Shown: positions 24,380 to 39,022, counted from the whole stretch's first letter. The stretch is 52,057 nucleotides of DNA, filler included, from Jimgerdemannia flammicorona (GCA_003990765.1; 2 parts of 2 records of this genome joined end to end with filler, not necessarily neighbours in it), one strand, 5' to 3'. Numbers and translations: made by a program. Notes: generated by a model not told the origin, from the letters alone.

Positions 24380-25980
24380 GAGTTTTTACAACTGAAGAGG
24401 GCTGTAGAATAGTATGAGAGGTGTTCTGGGGCTAAGCTGAACTAATACAAGTACAAGATCCTAGTGTTAGAAAGAGGAATAGTAGAAGGAGATATGATTG
24501 GATCAATGGTTCCAGCAGAAGAAATAGGCTATTATATGAGAATCTATTTTTCAGTATATAGATCTTTGCTGTCTTAAGAATAGTCAAAGCAGTGGATAGT
24601 AGAATATGGGAATACTCTTCTGGAGTAGAGTGGCTAATATATCTTCTTAGTTAGAAGAGTAATGATACTGAATGTATACTAACTGACCAAGCTGTAGTAT
24701 CTGGGATACCACTTGGATTTTTTAATATAGATAATCAAGAGAATGTTGAAGATAGCCAGAACCTAAATATAGATAGGACAGAGTAGTCAGATAAGCTGTG
24801 AGATAATAATATTGCAAATAGGCTATGGTGAACTAGATTTAATAAACTTTACCAAGTATCTATATTACTTAAGAGCATAGACATTGAAGCAAGCTAGTGA
24901 GTTGAGAGGCTGTAAGTAGATACTATTTATGCAGCCAGTATAAGAGGTACAGTTCTCTCTCTATAGTATGTCTAGTGATCTGCTTTCTCTAGTAATACTA
25001 GAGAGATGTCAGAAGATAGACTTCAAGAGTTTTTCTGGTAAGATGTAGTAGATAGTACTTATCAAATTGGCATTCAATAACAGAGCAATGAGAGGGAGGA
25101 TAACTAGAGACTCAGGATATAAAGATAGGATTATCTTCTGCTAAAGAATACTTCAGTAGATAACTTCAGTCTGAAGAATAATATAGAGTTCCTTTGGGAG
25201 TATAGGTAAGATCTGTAGTCTATAGTAGAGTAAAGAGTTGGAATCAGTAAGGAGTGAGATTGGAATAGAGTTTAATTATAGAGCCAGCAAGTGGTATGAT
25301 GGATCCCCCCCAAGTTCTGAGTAGTATAGTGGAGACTCTTATAGTGAAATGTAATGCTTAACTATTAGTCAGGATATTTAGTAGATGGAAGAGTATTGGA
25401 GTATAAAGAGTGCTTCAATATCAGATAAGAGAATAGAGAATGGTATAGATCTCTAAACATTGGTTGGAGAAGTATAAGGTGATGGGAGATTTTTGGAAAG
25501 TAATTGAAAGTCTTTTAGGATCTGCTCACTGAGATCTATAGTGGGAAAAAGGTAGGAGAAGCTATAGTAGCAACTGGTGGGAGAGGATGGGGATGAGTGG
25601 ATAACTCTCAAGTGAGTGCTGATCATTTGAATTGAGCTTACTAGAAATTAGCTTTATATATTTAAGAAGAGATAGTAGTTGATACTTAAAGTATGGATTA
25701 CAAGATAAGAGTGAATAATATTATAACTGGTAGAAGGGGTGAGGCTCTGAAGAAGGGTTCTATAAAAGGCTGGGAGAAAAAATTTATATATAGAGTAGAG
25801 AGAGAATTGGGATAGTTAGAGAGATGGTGGTATTTTAGAGAGATAGAGAGGGAAGAGAGAGAGAAGAAGATAGAGAGAGGCTCTGCAGAATATTAAGTGA
25901 GGAGAGGGGGAGGGGGGAGTTATATGAGAACAATATAGATTAGTAATTGAGTAATAAAATAGAAATCTAAGTAACTATAA
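24380..25980 (-). mobile_element. Heavily mutated retroelement relic, possibly LINE-type reverse transcriptase region
   Basis: Strong purine skew on the + strand and no ORFs. Faint minus-strand remnants in LINE order: LPSTKYPD (KAPG-like, about 25370), IYLQPL (about 24910), AYxDYSVL (YADD-like, about 24780), RIL (about 24460). Weak evidence. Confidence 0.35.
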
Positions 25981-26080
25981 NNNNNNNNNNNNNNNNNNNN
26001 NNNNNNNNNNNNNNNNNNNNNNNNTTAATTAATTAANNNNNNNNNNNNNNNNNNNNNNNNNNNNNNNNNNNNNNNNNNNN
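25981..26080. other. Artificial contig spacer: 44 N + TTAATTAATTAA + 44 N
   Basis: Exactly 100 bp and symmetric, with a six-frame stop linker at 26025-26036. Confidence 0.97.
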
Positions 26081-26735
26081 AAAAAAAAAAAAACTACTTA
26101 TATATTTTTATAAAAATCTGCAAAAATCAAAAAACGATTTATTAATAAATTTAACCTTTATATATATATATCTTATTTTATAAGTATTTTATAACTAAAT
26201 TTAGCTATAAAAATTTTTCAAAAATTTATATATTTTTTTAACTTAATATTTATTATAAAATTATATAAAAAAAAAATTCTAATAAATTAAAATTTTTAAT
26301 AAAAAATAAAAGCAAATTTTTTTAATAATTTAATTTTTTTTAATTTTAATTTTAATTTTATTTTGATTTTTTGATTTCTATTTTTAAATTTTATTTTTAG
26401 AGCTAAATTTAGCTATATTATAGAAGATATATATTATAAAAATAAAATTTACTTAAAAAAGTAAAAATATATATATTAAGCAGAATTATTATTTTTAATA
26501 CAAATAGAACAGAGATAATAAGTTTACTATTCAGAGATAGTCTTCAATCTACTTTACTTTCTTTTCTTTTGAAATATTACTTAAAATTATAAACTTCAAA
26601 CTGCTGGACATCAAGCATCTATTGAGCTTATTAGATAATGCAAAATTTTAAAGTTATAATGATATTTACATTTAATCATATCTAATATATCTAATACTAA
26701 TGTACTAATAACGTTTCTGAATAAGGATGGGAAGT

Positions 26736-26743
26736 TGACGTCA
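26736..26743. promoter_or_regulatory. Perfect CRE/ATF palindrome TGACGTCA upstream of SZT2
   Basis: Ends 66 bp before the predicted ATG at 26809; function is inferred. Confidence 0.5.
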
Positions 26744-26808
26744 TTGGATGGAATGAAAGCCCCGATTTCGCTCTCTGCCGTTCGCTGCAACTAACACCAA
26801 CAAGCAGC

Positions 26809-29800
26809 ATGCAATGGTAGGTTCGGACCGTGGAAGCATTCATACCACTTCGACACTAATAACTTACCGAAAGACAATAAAACAGCACTGAGGATGAAAC
26901 AGGTGTTGATTCGCCAGATCGTCTAGCTGATACCACCGCAGCCGAATCCTTGCTCAACGAGGAACAAAAGGTGGGCCGAAATTCCCCATTTATTTCCAGG
27001 CAAGTTCAGTCGCAATCAAGCCACTGCCTGACCCATCACCATGATCGACACGTTATCATTATTCTTCTCCGCAATAATGACAGATTTCCGATGCTCGAAC
27101 GGCGATATTGCTAGTCAAAAACTCACGATTCTTCTCGAGAAACGAATATTCCCAATGGTTGCTGAGATACATGTACCAACCTATAGCGGCCAAAGAATAC
27201 GAGGTTAACACCCGAATTTTCTGCCATCCACGCATAGTTTCCTATCTGACAATATACAACGGTAATCTTGTCATATTCGATTTAACTTACAATCCTCTCA
27301 ACGCGTCGTGTGCCATTTTTGCAGGATATCCAAGTTCTCCACATCTCAAACAGCCGCAAACTGCATTGGTCCTTCAACAATACCACACCTGCCAAAACGT
27401 TTCAATCACGTAATACGTCCCTCTCGATTTTCACCACCCCGCCATTGACTGCTACGACCAACGGTGATATTTCGCTTCCTGCATCCAATGTGGCTACCGC
27501 GGTTCAGACGCCAACCACACCGAAATACCCTGCGCATACCTTCAATCTATCGTCGAATGGGGGTATTACACCACCTTACGACGTAACCGCGCAAACTATC
27601 AACCAGCCGATTCCGAAAAAGCTATACAGGCTCAACCCACAAACCCGCATATTTACTATCGCCAAGAAATACCGCATGGTTTTCTTGGTTGATGTGAGTT
27701 CGAGCCTCGGGACAACTGACGCGGGCATGAGCTATGGTGGCGGCGACTCTCATTCAATGAGAGTGAAGGTGCTGATGAGCGATGTATTTGAAACGTAATT
27801 TTTCCAAGCTAATTATATGCGTGATACATACACGTTGTACAATGTTTTGAAAGCTATGATTCATATCCTCTTTATTCCGTAGGTTACAGAAATGCCTCGA
27901 CGGCATTGTGCGTCGATTCTGTATCCAAACCTCCACCACGAATGGGTCAACCGTACAGGTATGCAAGATTCGCTGGTGTGATATGGCAGGTTCCCATCGT
28001 GTCAAATCCGCCCTTACATGAAACCTTCCTCCCCTCTCGCTTCAATTCGGTTTTCGTAGCCTGACCCAACCCTTCACATCACAGTCGTCGCTGAATGCTC
28101 ACAGTTTGTCTCCAATCTCAATGTCATACCGCTGCTCGCTGAGTTTCCCACAATGCGGGTTCTCCTCGGGGACGTTGTCGTCTGCTCTTCTAACATTCGA
28201 CACGTAATCCAGCGCCTGCAATCCGAATTCACCATCTTTCAGAACCAGCTGGCTGACTTCCGCAAGGATCTAGAGAAAAAGAGGCCCAAGATGGGTTATA
28301 CCTTGGACGTGGGCCATCCAACAGCTGGCGTGGGTGTTACTGGCGACTTGCTGGAACCAACCAAGAGCCTGTCTTCTGGAAAAGCAACTTCTGCTCCGGG
28401 TATCTCGGGCAAGGTTAAGACTGCCAAATCGGCTGGCGGATCCAATGCTGGAAGGAGAAAGAGCGACACGAATAATCTTACGAAGTCTATATCCACTATT
28501 ACTTCTTCTACGGTGCCACCGCCTACTAAAACGGCCACCAATGTCCTATCAACAGGAGCGGCGGCAGCAGCAGCAGCAGCAGCAGCGAGTGGCAAGAAAG
28601 ACGTGTGGGGAGTTGGGAACACGGGTAGCAATCTTTCCTACCATCTGCACGCCGGGCTTCTGGCACTGAACTTATTGCCACAGGACGCGAGGCCTTCCCT
28701 GGTGTTCATCACAGACGGCGTCGTCAAGTCTAACCTACAAGATGAGGAAGTGGTCCGGTCCTTTGCCAAGGACGACATACCTTGTACCATTATTCAAGTT
28801 GGCTCAGGACAGGGTTTTTGCCCTGCAAGCAACTTCGGATTTGTTCCGGACAACGAGATATTACGATTCTTAGCTGCAGCCACGGGAGGCAAATTTATAT
28901 ATTCTTCCGATTGCAAAGCTATAACAGACTCTGCCTCAACGCTGGTCACTGTTCCATCGACGAAACAGGTTCAGCCAACGTTCTCGACCTTGCTCGACAC
29001 GTCGGCGGCACCGTCTCCCATTAATACCCCAACAGTTGATCTGTTTCCAACACTGACATTTGCCCTCACGTCAAGAACGCAACCCTCATCATTCAACCCG
29101 CCAAATTTTTACCACAAGCACTTCTTGATACGTGAGACATCCTTCTTCAAAATCAAATCAGACACACGGTACTCAAGCATGGGTAGTGCCAGCATCGGGT
29201 TGTCGGAACCGCATGTTGATGTTCCGAGAGAGTGGTACATACCCTTGGGTGCTGGCGATGGAATTGAGAATATACATCCTTCTCTTCACGATACCTCCTT
29301 CGCTTCGTCGCTGAATTTCCCCTGGGACCCGAAATCGCAATCGCCGGCGGTCGAGATCAACAGGGTTAGGTATCGTGAATATGCGATCGGTTCTGAAGTA
29401 TCCCAGGTGATTGCTGCCAGATTAAGGCAAGGGTTCACTATCCATTCTGTGGAGACTTCGGAGAACGGAACTGGAAGGGGGTATGGAAAACCTGCGAAAA
29501 TCACAATATCGATGGTACTACTATGGCTGCCAAATGTGACGATCGAATACAACATCAAGGCATTCTGGCTACCCATTGGGGCTACGGGGACAGGTGGCAG
29601 TGCATGTAACATATTCACGAGGACCAAAGCTCCACGGGCAGAAATCTATGTTTGGGCGCACACATACTTTGCACATGTATTCGCCGACGTCGGTCGCAAG
29701 ACTGGTGTGGATAACTCTCCCGTCTCTGCCAAGGTGCATAAGCTGTACCGCTTCCTCTCCAAAATTCACGAAACAGACGACTTGCTGAAAGGTTGGACAA

Positions 29801-32800
29801 ACTTCAATACCAGATGGCAGCAACTTTCTGGGAGAAGCAACAACCAGTCGCCCATCGCCTCTGTGGCGATACTGGCTAGTGGCCAACAGTCACAACAGCA
29901 ACAATCTCCAGCTTATCACATGCAGAAATATCTTGAAGCATTCAAAAATTACTGGGAAAGCACTGAACGCAATGATCATCGATCGTCAACAAAATGCTGG
30001 TATGATTTTGCTGAGATTGACGTTCTTGTCGGACATGTCTCGCCATACAAGGTTCCAAACAAAGCTTCGGATTATAATGAACAATATAACGGTAACGCGG
30101 AGGACGAAATTACGGAGGCTATTAGCATTGTCGAGGAGCGATTGACGAGCACTTGGGCGACATTTGTGTCAAAGGATAACGTTTTTGTACGTATTGTGCA
30201 GAAGAATGGGAATGCAAACGCTAGTGGAACCGCAACCCCAGTGGGTCCTGCAGGTGCGGATATTGCTTACAACGTGGAAAGATCATATTTGCACAGCCAA
30301 GTACCAAGCTTTTGCGAACTTCGCTTCAGCAGGGATACTGGGTGCCTTGTGACGCTGAGGATTTTGTTCTTCAACGTTGATTTGCTCACGCGGCGGAAGA
30401 CTGTGGACAATCTGGCCCTCAAACTATCACGAGTCGAATGGGATCGCGATGGTGTAAGTGGAGCTAGAGTCATGCCCAGCGGCAACATCAATAGGAAATG
30501 GCTGATTGTTTGCCAGCGCCCATTGTCACATATGTTGATGCGTGATGGCGAGCATTGCATCTCACCTGGAGAGCTTGATATGCCATCTGCATCATCGTCA
30601 ATTGCGGGTCAAGGGCAAAAGCACCAGCACCAACAACATCAATATCAGCAATCACCGTTGGCAGCTATGAGATCGAACCCTTGGTACATACCCTCTACGC
30701 TGTGGCTAACAAGCGAATTTGTTGTGAAGAACTATCTTAGACACTCGCCATGTTCTTGGTTAACTGATGGACAGGAGGATCGATTCTACGAGGATGCAAA
30801 GATACAAGACCTTGCGTTTCAATTCTTATGCCAAGCACGCTTGGATCAAGGATACCTCTTGGTGTCAACCCAACAGCACAAAAACCACTTTTATCAAGAA
30901 TTAAATTTGGGTGGATCAGTGCTTCCAACCGCAATTCAATACTTCGTCTGGAAAGACCCAGCTGGCAAGATTAATACTGAACTATGGATGGAACCAACGG
31001 GTGATCGCAATTTGAAAGATCAACTATCACGAACTTCTGATGTTGACCGGAAAATAATTTCCCAACTCGTGACGTTTGATGCGATTCATGCAATAGGACG
31101 AAACCATACCAAACAGGTGACCTCGTCAGGCGCAGCAGCAAATACTAGGGGAGATCCTATGATGAAATTACCAAAGTCGTTTGACTTAGTGTCTGTCCTA
31201 CGACTGGGTCGGTTCGCCATCGCAGCATATGCATTACCTGTTTACGGAATTGCCGAGCGAAATTTTGCCAATCGATTGTTCAAGTTTGCTGCAGTGGAAA
31301 TGATATCGGACAGGTCCCCATTGGGCTGGGGTGCTAGTGACAATCTCTCATCGCCGTTGAGTGAAGCCTCGACATCCGATACTGGGAGCCTAGCGTTAGG
31401 AGATTCGCAGCATGCTGGTGGTGCGAGCATCGGTGGGGTTGGCCACTCGCGGCAAACTACAACGGATACACTACAAAATCGCCAGAATCATCGCGGACAT
31501 TCGCTTCAGCTGCAGAAATCGAGTCCCATGGGGTCGCCAGCTATCGATACTAACTCTGCGTTCCCCACACCCGCTGCACCCGATTCTATGTACGCCCCGA
31601 AACCGGATGATTTACTGATCCAGCACCTAGCAAGTATCAGCAAACTCGAATACGCCAGACGCGATTGTGCGCTCATGCATTACTTTGTAGAGAAATCCCT
31701 TACGAAACTAATGGACGGAGAAATAGTTATGGCGCAACACGACACTCACGACAGCTTCTGGGACGAAATGAAGAAAGCCATGCTGGCAACGGACAATGAA
31801 CACAATATTTTGACCGCCCATCATCTCATCAGAAATTTACGAGATACCAGATGTTTTGTCAAGATTTTTGACCCACAGTCATTCATACTTATATTGGCAC
31901 CTTCGCTCGGGATTGTCGTCAATGCTTTGGAAAAAAATCCTTACGTTTTACCATTACCAGACCATTGGTCGAGCGAAGATGCCAAAATGAGAAAACCTGT
32001 GGAGTATATGGGATTCCTTATGTTTGAGTGTGTACGACAAAAGCCTCTTCGTCTCGTCAAGCGAAGCACAGTATCGAAGTTTCCAAGCTCTGACAGCATT
32101 ATTGAATTAGAGTCGTTCGACCGCGATAAAGTGACAATCACACCCGTGCCTTTTTTGGTGGAAGAATCCGACGGACTTGAAACCACTTTGAGGCCTACGT
32201 TGTTTGATGGACATTATCAGACGACCCAGCTCCAGGCGTCACCACGGACCTTACGATTGACGCAGGATGTGTCCAAGCTCTATGCCCGAAGTTTCGTCAA
32301 GTCAGTGTATTCTTGTCTGCTACAGAACCATGTTGTAGACGCCGATGATTTTGAAAAGGCGATGGAAAGCTGCGCAGAATCAAGTATGGAAATCGTCATT
32401 ACGAGATATGTTAATGTACAGACCTTGCTGAAACAGAATGGAGCACATCGGTAATGTATTTCACATTCAACGATATCGTATTGTTTGTTGGGTTCCCCCT
32501 TAAAGTCCGGAAACTCATATTTGCTGATGTGATTGGTTTCTATTAGAGACGATTTCGGTGATATTCAAGATCGGTTCGTTTCTGTTTTGGGGCACTACTT
32601 TGAGCCTGTCAATTCCTCGAAGGATGGGCATCGGAGCATCTTCTACTATCGACCCAAAAATACTCGTGTCAACTCTAAACCTGGGACGACTGAGATGGCG
32701 AACGTGCTACACGACATTATTGGGTGTGCTCAGGAACCTCTCTTTATCCGCTTAGAATGCACTTTTAAGAAGCCTCCAACATCCCCTACGAAGGACGTCC

Positions 32801-34727
32801 ATGAGGCGGAAGAGGTCACCTTCCCAGTATTAGCCTTTCCTATCTCATATCAAATCACTTTAGATGACGGTAGCAAATATGATTTCGATCCGACATATAT
32901 TGGGACTGGCGCTTGCCCCGTCGATTCGGCGGATGGTACGATCGCAACATTACATTTGGTTTGCCTTACATTGCCGTCGACAGAAGATGATGTGTCGGAC
33001 ACTCCGGTCGATGTTGTTACTGCCCAATCGTACGTATCTTTGTGTGAATAACGGTCTCTCTTTTTTTTTTTTTTTTTTTTTTTTTCTTCAAGAAAAAAGA
33101 AACGATAATGTTTTGATCGTGGTCTCGTTCTTCCGTATTTGTTTACAGTTCACTCATTGACAACATGCGATCGCGCCCGGCTTGCTTGGCATCGTTGCCA
33201 CCTGACAAGCAGGAAGCCTTAGCCGCCACAGAAGCTAGACTTGACTGGCTCTTGACCGAAGAGATTATGCACGGCTTGCTGCGTTCTGGCCCTGTCACGC
33301 AGCCAGTATTGGATTATATCGAAGCTCAATTGAAAAAGAACGTCGCCGACTTCCCAACATCAAAAGCCATGCCTTTGAATTTTGTTCGGAAGAAGAAACC
33401 AGAAGAGAGAGCAATCACCAAAGCAATCTTTTTGGAAGAGCTAGCCAAAGTCGACATATTACCATACTCTCTAAATAGAGTAGGGGATTGTTTCTACGTG
33501 AGTGAGGATGTCAGAGAATGTGATGACTCATCCAGCACTACAACTCTGTTCGCATCTGAAATCACGACAAATGACAATGACATGGCTGACGATCAAAATG
33601 ACGACGAAGAGACATCTGTTACAGGTGATGGGGATAATTTATACGGTCTGGGCATCACCATGACGGAGCAGACCGTCGGACGAATCGTTCAGAAACAACT
33701 GTTCTGGTTATTGTTGATTCCACAGGATGGAAGTGTGCAAATATATTTCTATTCTAAAGCTATGCACGAAGTTGGCCTATCTGCCATCATTAAACGTATT
33801 CAAAGTATGATATTGCAAGTCGAAAAGCGTGCGAATCAGTTGATACTTTTGAAAGAGTTGAACGAATCACATCTATGCAGGTAAGCGGCTGTCATTTCCC
33901 TTTGTGTTTTAATTCTTCATTCATGATTCATCGTCTCAAAATACTGTGTTGCCATCCACTTTGCAGTAAATATCTTGTCGTTCCTGAATCCACAAGTCAG
34001 ACTGGAGATGCTTCCGAGGAGTTTCCCGATGGCGAGGATGGCAGTCCAAAAGACAATTTCGTCGATGCAGAATTCGAACCTGGGCAGCTGGCTTGTCCAC
34101 GAGTGTTCTCGAGTAGGTTTCCTCTTCACTGGCGATTGAAAGCGAATCATGCCCTTAACTCGATCGCGGCGGCACTTCATCCAATGGCCGTTACGAACCG
34201 AAGTCATATGTTCGTTTACCCGAAAGATGGCTCCGTGGTGTATATAAAACTATCGGAAGTTGATATTGTCCCTCCCACGATGGACTCGGAGGGGGGCGAT
34301 AATGATGTTCGTCTTACCAGTTCTCCTTACGGATCGAATCTGTCGCTGGTAACTGGCACAAACAGCGTACCTTCTACGCCGTTTCCACTTCAAGGCTACA
34401 CAGCAGAGGACGTCCGACCCTCTCCGTTTGTAAATGGGAACAGTCCTCGATATTCTTCGACGACTTCACCAGGATCACGGAAACCGATGCAAGCGAAACC
34501 TGTCGAAACAAGAGAACTAGTTCTCGATGTGTTTGGCGTTGATCCACCTGGACGAGAAATAACAGAGGGATTGGTTGAGATGGTGGAAAAAGGATTAATA
34601 AATAACACTTTGCGAATCATCGCTGATTCTTTGGCTCGAAATCCCACTTTCAAACTGACGTCAGCCGTGAGTACTTTGTGCGAACATCATAAATGGCCAT
34701 TTATATATATTATGAAAACTAATCTGA

Positions 34728-34758
<31 letters not shown>

Positions 34759-37700
34759 GATATTCTCAGGATGTCGATTTTATCCTTCCAGTCGAAAAGA
34801 ATCCGGCGAAACGGCAACCATTCTGCATTCCATTTCTCGTCCGAAACCCGCATACATTCTTGCTCTACATGCGACAGAACGTTCTCTCAAGCCAATTGCA
34901 CGCTCTCTCTGGCTCAGATGTGGTCGCAGCAGTGAAGCGTCACTACGCTTCTATCTACGGGTTCGGTACGGGCTTTCGTAGCGACTCGCATTATCACGAT
35001 GAAAGGTAAAGTGTCCTGGGAGAACTCAACTACGTTGGTCCATTACCGCGATGCGGATCATCTACTAATTAATACTCGACCGTCTTTGCAGGAGCGGAAA
35101 GAGCCAAGAACTTCTGCCTGGGGAGTTCTGCTTCTACTATAACATGATGGTGACCAAAAATCCATCCCACATGACTCTTTTAGAGAATTCTGCAGGGCAG
35201 GGTTTGGCCGGAATCTGTTTGACATTGCTCGATCCCTCTGGAAGGCCAGCGCTCCAAGTTCCGGCACAAGATCAGGAACGCGTTGATGGTGTTGATAGAG
35301 CGGCGGTAGAAGCATGTCTCGATCAACCATTCTACGGCTCCGGGGCTAACGAAGAGTTCTCGGTCGTTGCAGAGATCTGGGTGATGGGCTCTGTCAACGC
35401 TGGTGCGATCCTAGAGCATCTTGAGAAATGCTTCCGTCAAAGTCTTTGCGATTATCTTGTGGAAATGATAATATCGACAGATGTAAGTTATATAACAGGT
35501 GAAGAATCAGAGCTTAATCGCGCCGTACCAACATCGATTATGGCCGACACTATGGAGGACGACTTGCCACAGTTGTTAGATCCGAAGATACGAACAACAC
35601 TTGTAGAGCCGTGTTTTTCCATTTTGAAGAAAGCTGCCGAATGGCAGAGCCCGACAGCGCAAGAGTTAAACCTTTCGGCGAGTTTAGCACCGTGGTGTAT
35701 GGACGATTTTCTATGCGAGCTCTGCGACGCCCTCACGGACATGCACTCAAGTTTTGCACCAATCATTATCAAGACTCAAACTTCGGCCACAGACTCTGCC
35801 GAAAGCAAACTTGAAATCTATCAACCTACGCGCAGCCGCCAAGATGATGAACCTCACGAACCGAATGTTCGTTTTGTGGTGATTAGCGGTATCAAAGAAC
35901 TATCAGACAAATATGGTATTTCATCTGGCAGTCCATCGGTTGTTACACGTCGAAGAAGCATTGACAGCGACAAATCCCACAAGTCGCATAGGTCGAGTAG
36001 GTCGCGCTCGCGCCGCAGCTCCTTCGAAGAAAATGACAAGGCCAGCATTGCTCACTCTCGCAAAGAAGATCATGCCAGCGACAAAGGCAGCATCAACATA
36101 CCGCGCAAGGACGAACTTGCCAGCAGCCATCGAAAAGATTCGTGGACTTCCATACCCTATCAGCAACGAACTCAACTTGATGGCATGACACGTTATCCAG
36201 GTGTCTCTCGCGAAGGTCTCGCACGACATTGTTTCTTGTTGATGTCGTTGAATGGATCAAATCTAGTTACTTACACGTACAACTGGGGCGACGTGATTCA
36301 TGAACAAATGTTCAGTTTCATCAATCGAACTACAAGTTGGCACGCATCACGGATGAACGTTTTGAACAGTATACTTCACCAGAAGATGGGATTATTCCAT
36401 CACACAGATCCTATATATAAGCCAATCCAGCCACCCGCAGCTCAACACGCCCACTCGCACAATGCTACTCATCACCCTCAGCAAAACGCGCATCATATCG
36501 CCATGCAAACACCGCGTCTCGGTTTTCTATCACCTAACCCAAGTAGCCTTTCCGTCTCTCGACTGGCTCACGTAGATGGTACCGGGTTGCGCTCGAACAC
36601 CGTGCAGATAAGCACTCCTACGAATATTCCCCGTCCTACGGCTTCTCCTCAGCCAATTGATGGCACAAACCTGAACAGTCTTATATACGAATCCTTTCCA
36701 CCACGGTTGCGAGCTGGCAACGACTATCCTCGACCCGAAGAAGGTAAACGCATGCCCACAGGTGATTCACGTATGAATGATGCCTCGAGCTGCTCCAGTC
36801 TAGATGTACCGGAGAGGCTCGCCAAATCACCCATACCAACTGGCAATCTCGCGCGCGATTCCACCAGAAGTGTCGAAGTAAACAAACTTTTGCGGGATTC
36901 GATCGCGGAATCCGTGACGGAATCGCTGAATGCGAAGGCACAAGATGCATTACTGCGACACGGGCCGCCATTCATGGAAACTCACTCCCGGCAAGCAAGG
37001 ATTCAACAAGCGCACGACAACGCAATAAAGATATATACTAAGTGGGCGAAGCGATACAAGGATTCCAAGATCCCTGAACAAGAGTCGGAGAGTATAGCTA
37101 CATCGGATCTTGCGGTAATCTTGCGTTCTTCCCGGCTATTGCACTTCTGTCGGACACCTCTGTTGTTCACGGATTCAGGAAACATGGGATTGGAAGGCGT
37201 TTATGAACGGCAATTATCAACAAAAACGCTCGAGTGGTATTCGTTGCTGACGCAAATGTTCATGAGAGAGTACGCAACTTATCTTGAGACAGTCGGCATG
37301 CAGACAGTTGTCTTTGGCGCCACCGACTCCCATCTAGTCGAAGACATGGAGAATACCCCATTCTTTTCAAAATTCAAGATTTCGGACGAACTATTCGTTG
37401 ACTGTCCTGCGGTTTTCTTGCTTAAGGTCATGCAGATTGGCTCAATCATGTGCGAAGTACGCATCCAAGGCATTTTCGTATGCGTCACGCTATATATACT
37501 GCATAGACGTCATGGTCGATTGCGTGCTGCTCTGCCTACATTCGAAAAAGAGGAATGGATTCGTCAGAATTTTAAAATGTTTACGGAGGAGTGCGGGAAA
37601 TTCAAACAACGCATACATGTCAACTCGTTTGTCTACGACTTCCACTTAAGATACATCCAACACACTTTGGATAACCACGAGTCTGCGTCCTTGTCGTTGA

Positions 37701-38867
37701 ACCTCCTCCAAGTTATCTGTGCGTTCGCACAATCTCACCCGTCGCCTGCAAGTTATTCCCGAAACCGCATCTTCCAAGGAACATTTCATGTAGAATCCGA
37801 TACCATACCCGAGGGTCTCTTTGACTATATTTTAAGCAATCCAGAAAAATATAGGTTCGAAACTTTGAACTTTGACCTCAATCCCGTGGCGTGCTTCCTC
37901 TCTTCTGATTTTGTAGACTTCAGTGTCAGTGTGAAAGACGATCAATCTCGACGAAAGCAGACGGGTTCGTCCTTTAGACATACACTTCTTGTGTATCCAG
38001 CGGATGATTCGTCGAGCGACAGTTCGCGGCTGCCGAATGATAGCAGACGTGTTGCATTGCAATATTTCGTGATTGTCACTTACCAATGCAGTTCACAAGG
38101 AGCGGACTCGGTGCAGGCAACGAAGGTCCTCAAGAATATTCCAGGCAAGACAGCTTTTAAACCGCTAGAGGAGGTGATGACGCCAGAAAACTACACGCTC
38201 GGGAACATTATTGACAATGCAGAAAAGAGACTGCAAAAAATGATAGAGGAGGTACGTTTAGCAGGGATATTTTTATTTTTATGCAATTGTCCCTTTTTCT
38301 TTTCTTTCCACTTCCTATTACTTCGGTTTTCCAAAATAATTATTAGTAATAAAAACAATAAAGTAAACTGATATTCGTTTTCAATTGTCAACCGTCTTTA
38401 TATTCGGACTGGACAATCAGGCTGTTGCGTTCCATAGCCGCGACGCTCAATGGGGCAGGCTCTATCGCGATCAGCTACATAATAGCACCCTGAGAATCGA
38501 GGATTTCACTCGCCTTCCGCAACGCTTCGAAATCCTTGACCTTACGACCGTGGATCCGCAGTTCCGCGATTACTTACAGCTACCGCTGAACTGGCACAAA
38601 ATACTAGACAGCATGCGGGACTTTTATAAATATTATGCACGAGAGTCGCGCCAAGGCGACGCACGACACCTTGTCATCTTCAATACGCAATGCGAGGATT
38701 TTTTGGTGCATTTCCAGCTACGTGAATCCATCAAAGTAAATGTTTCTGTCGTGAGCCGGGAGAAGAGGAGCATGGCTGGAAAGATGGAAGGGTTGGAAAA
38801 AGATCACGTGTCGGATATCGCGAAGACATTTGGTTATCATTTGTGGAGGCAAGTGGTTCCGAGGTAG
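26809..38867 (+). CDS. SZT2: SZT2 / KICSTOR scaffold homologue, 12 exons, about 3635 aa
   Basis: Exons 26809-26816, 26886-26970, 27084-27203, 27325-27794, 27883-27958, 28060-32450, 32547-33029, 33149-33880, 33967-34666, 34770-35005, 35092-38251, 38421-38867 (GT-AG, total 10908 nt, divisible by 3). N-terminal LLVKNSRFFSRNEYSQWLL, TRIFTIAKKYRMVFLVDVSSS and DVFETLQKCLDGIVRRF match the SZT2 N-terminus, as do VFITDGV, FGFVPDNEILRFLAAATGG, ARLRQGF, SRLLHFCRTPLLF and IHVNSFVYDFHLR. Confidence 0.92.
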
Positions 38868-39022
38868 AGCGATTTGTATCTGTTGTGAGTTGGGCGTGTA
38901 TTTCTTAGCAATTACTTTCTGGTTTATTCAATCAATGTGAGAAGCAAGAAAAGGGCCATTTAAATAGAAATATCTATAATATCGAATGACGTGTGTCACC
39001 GTATTATGCCATTGACCCATGG

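Noticed and set aside
25981..26080. TTAATTAATTAA palindrome and adjacency of the CRN region to SZT2
   Set aside because: Synthetic contig linker; physical linkage across it is unsupported.
28296..38086. Many short antisense and alternate-frame ORFs, and the GCA poly-Ala tract at about 28558-28587
   Set aside because: Shadow ORFs of SZT2 exons and an ordinary coding microsatellite.
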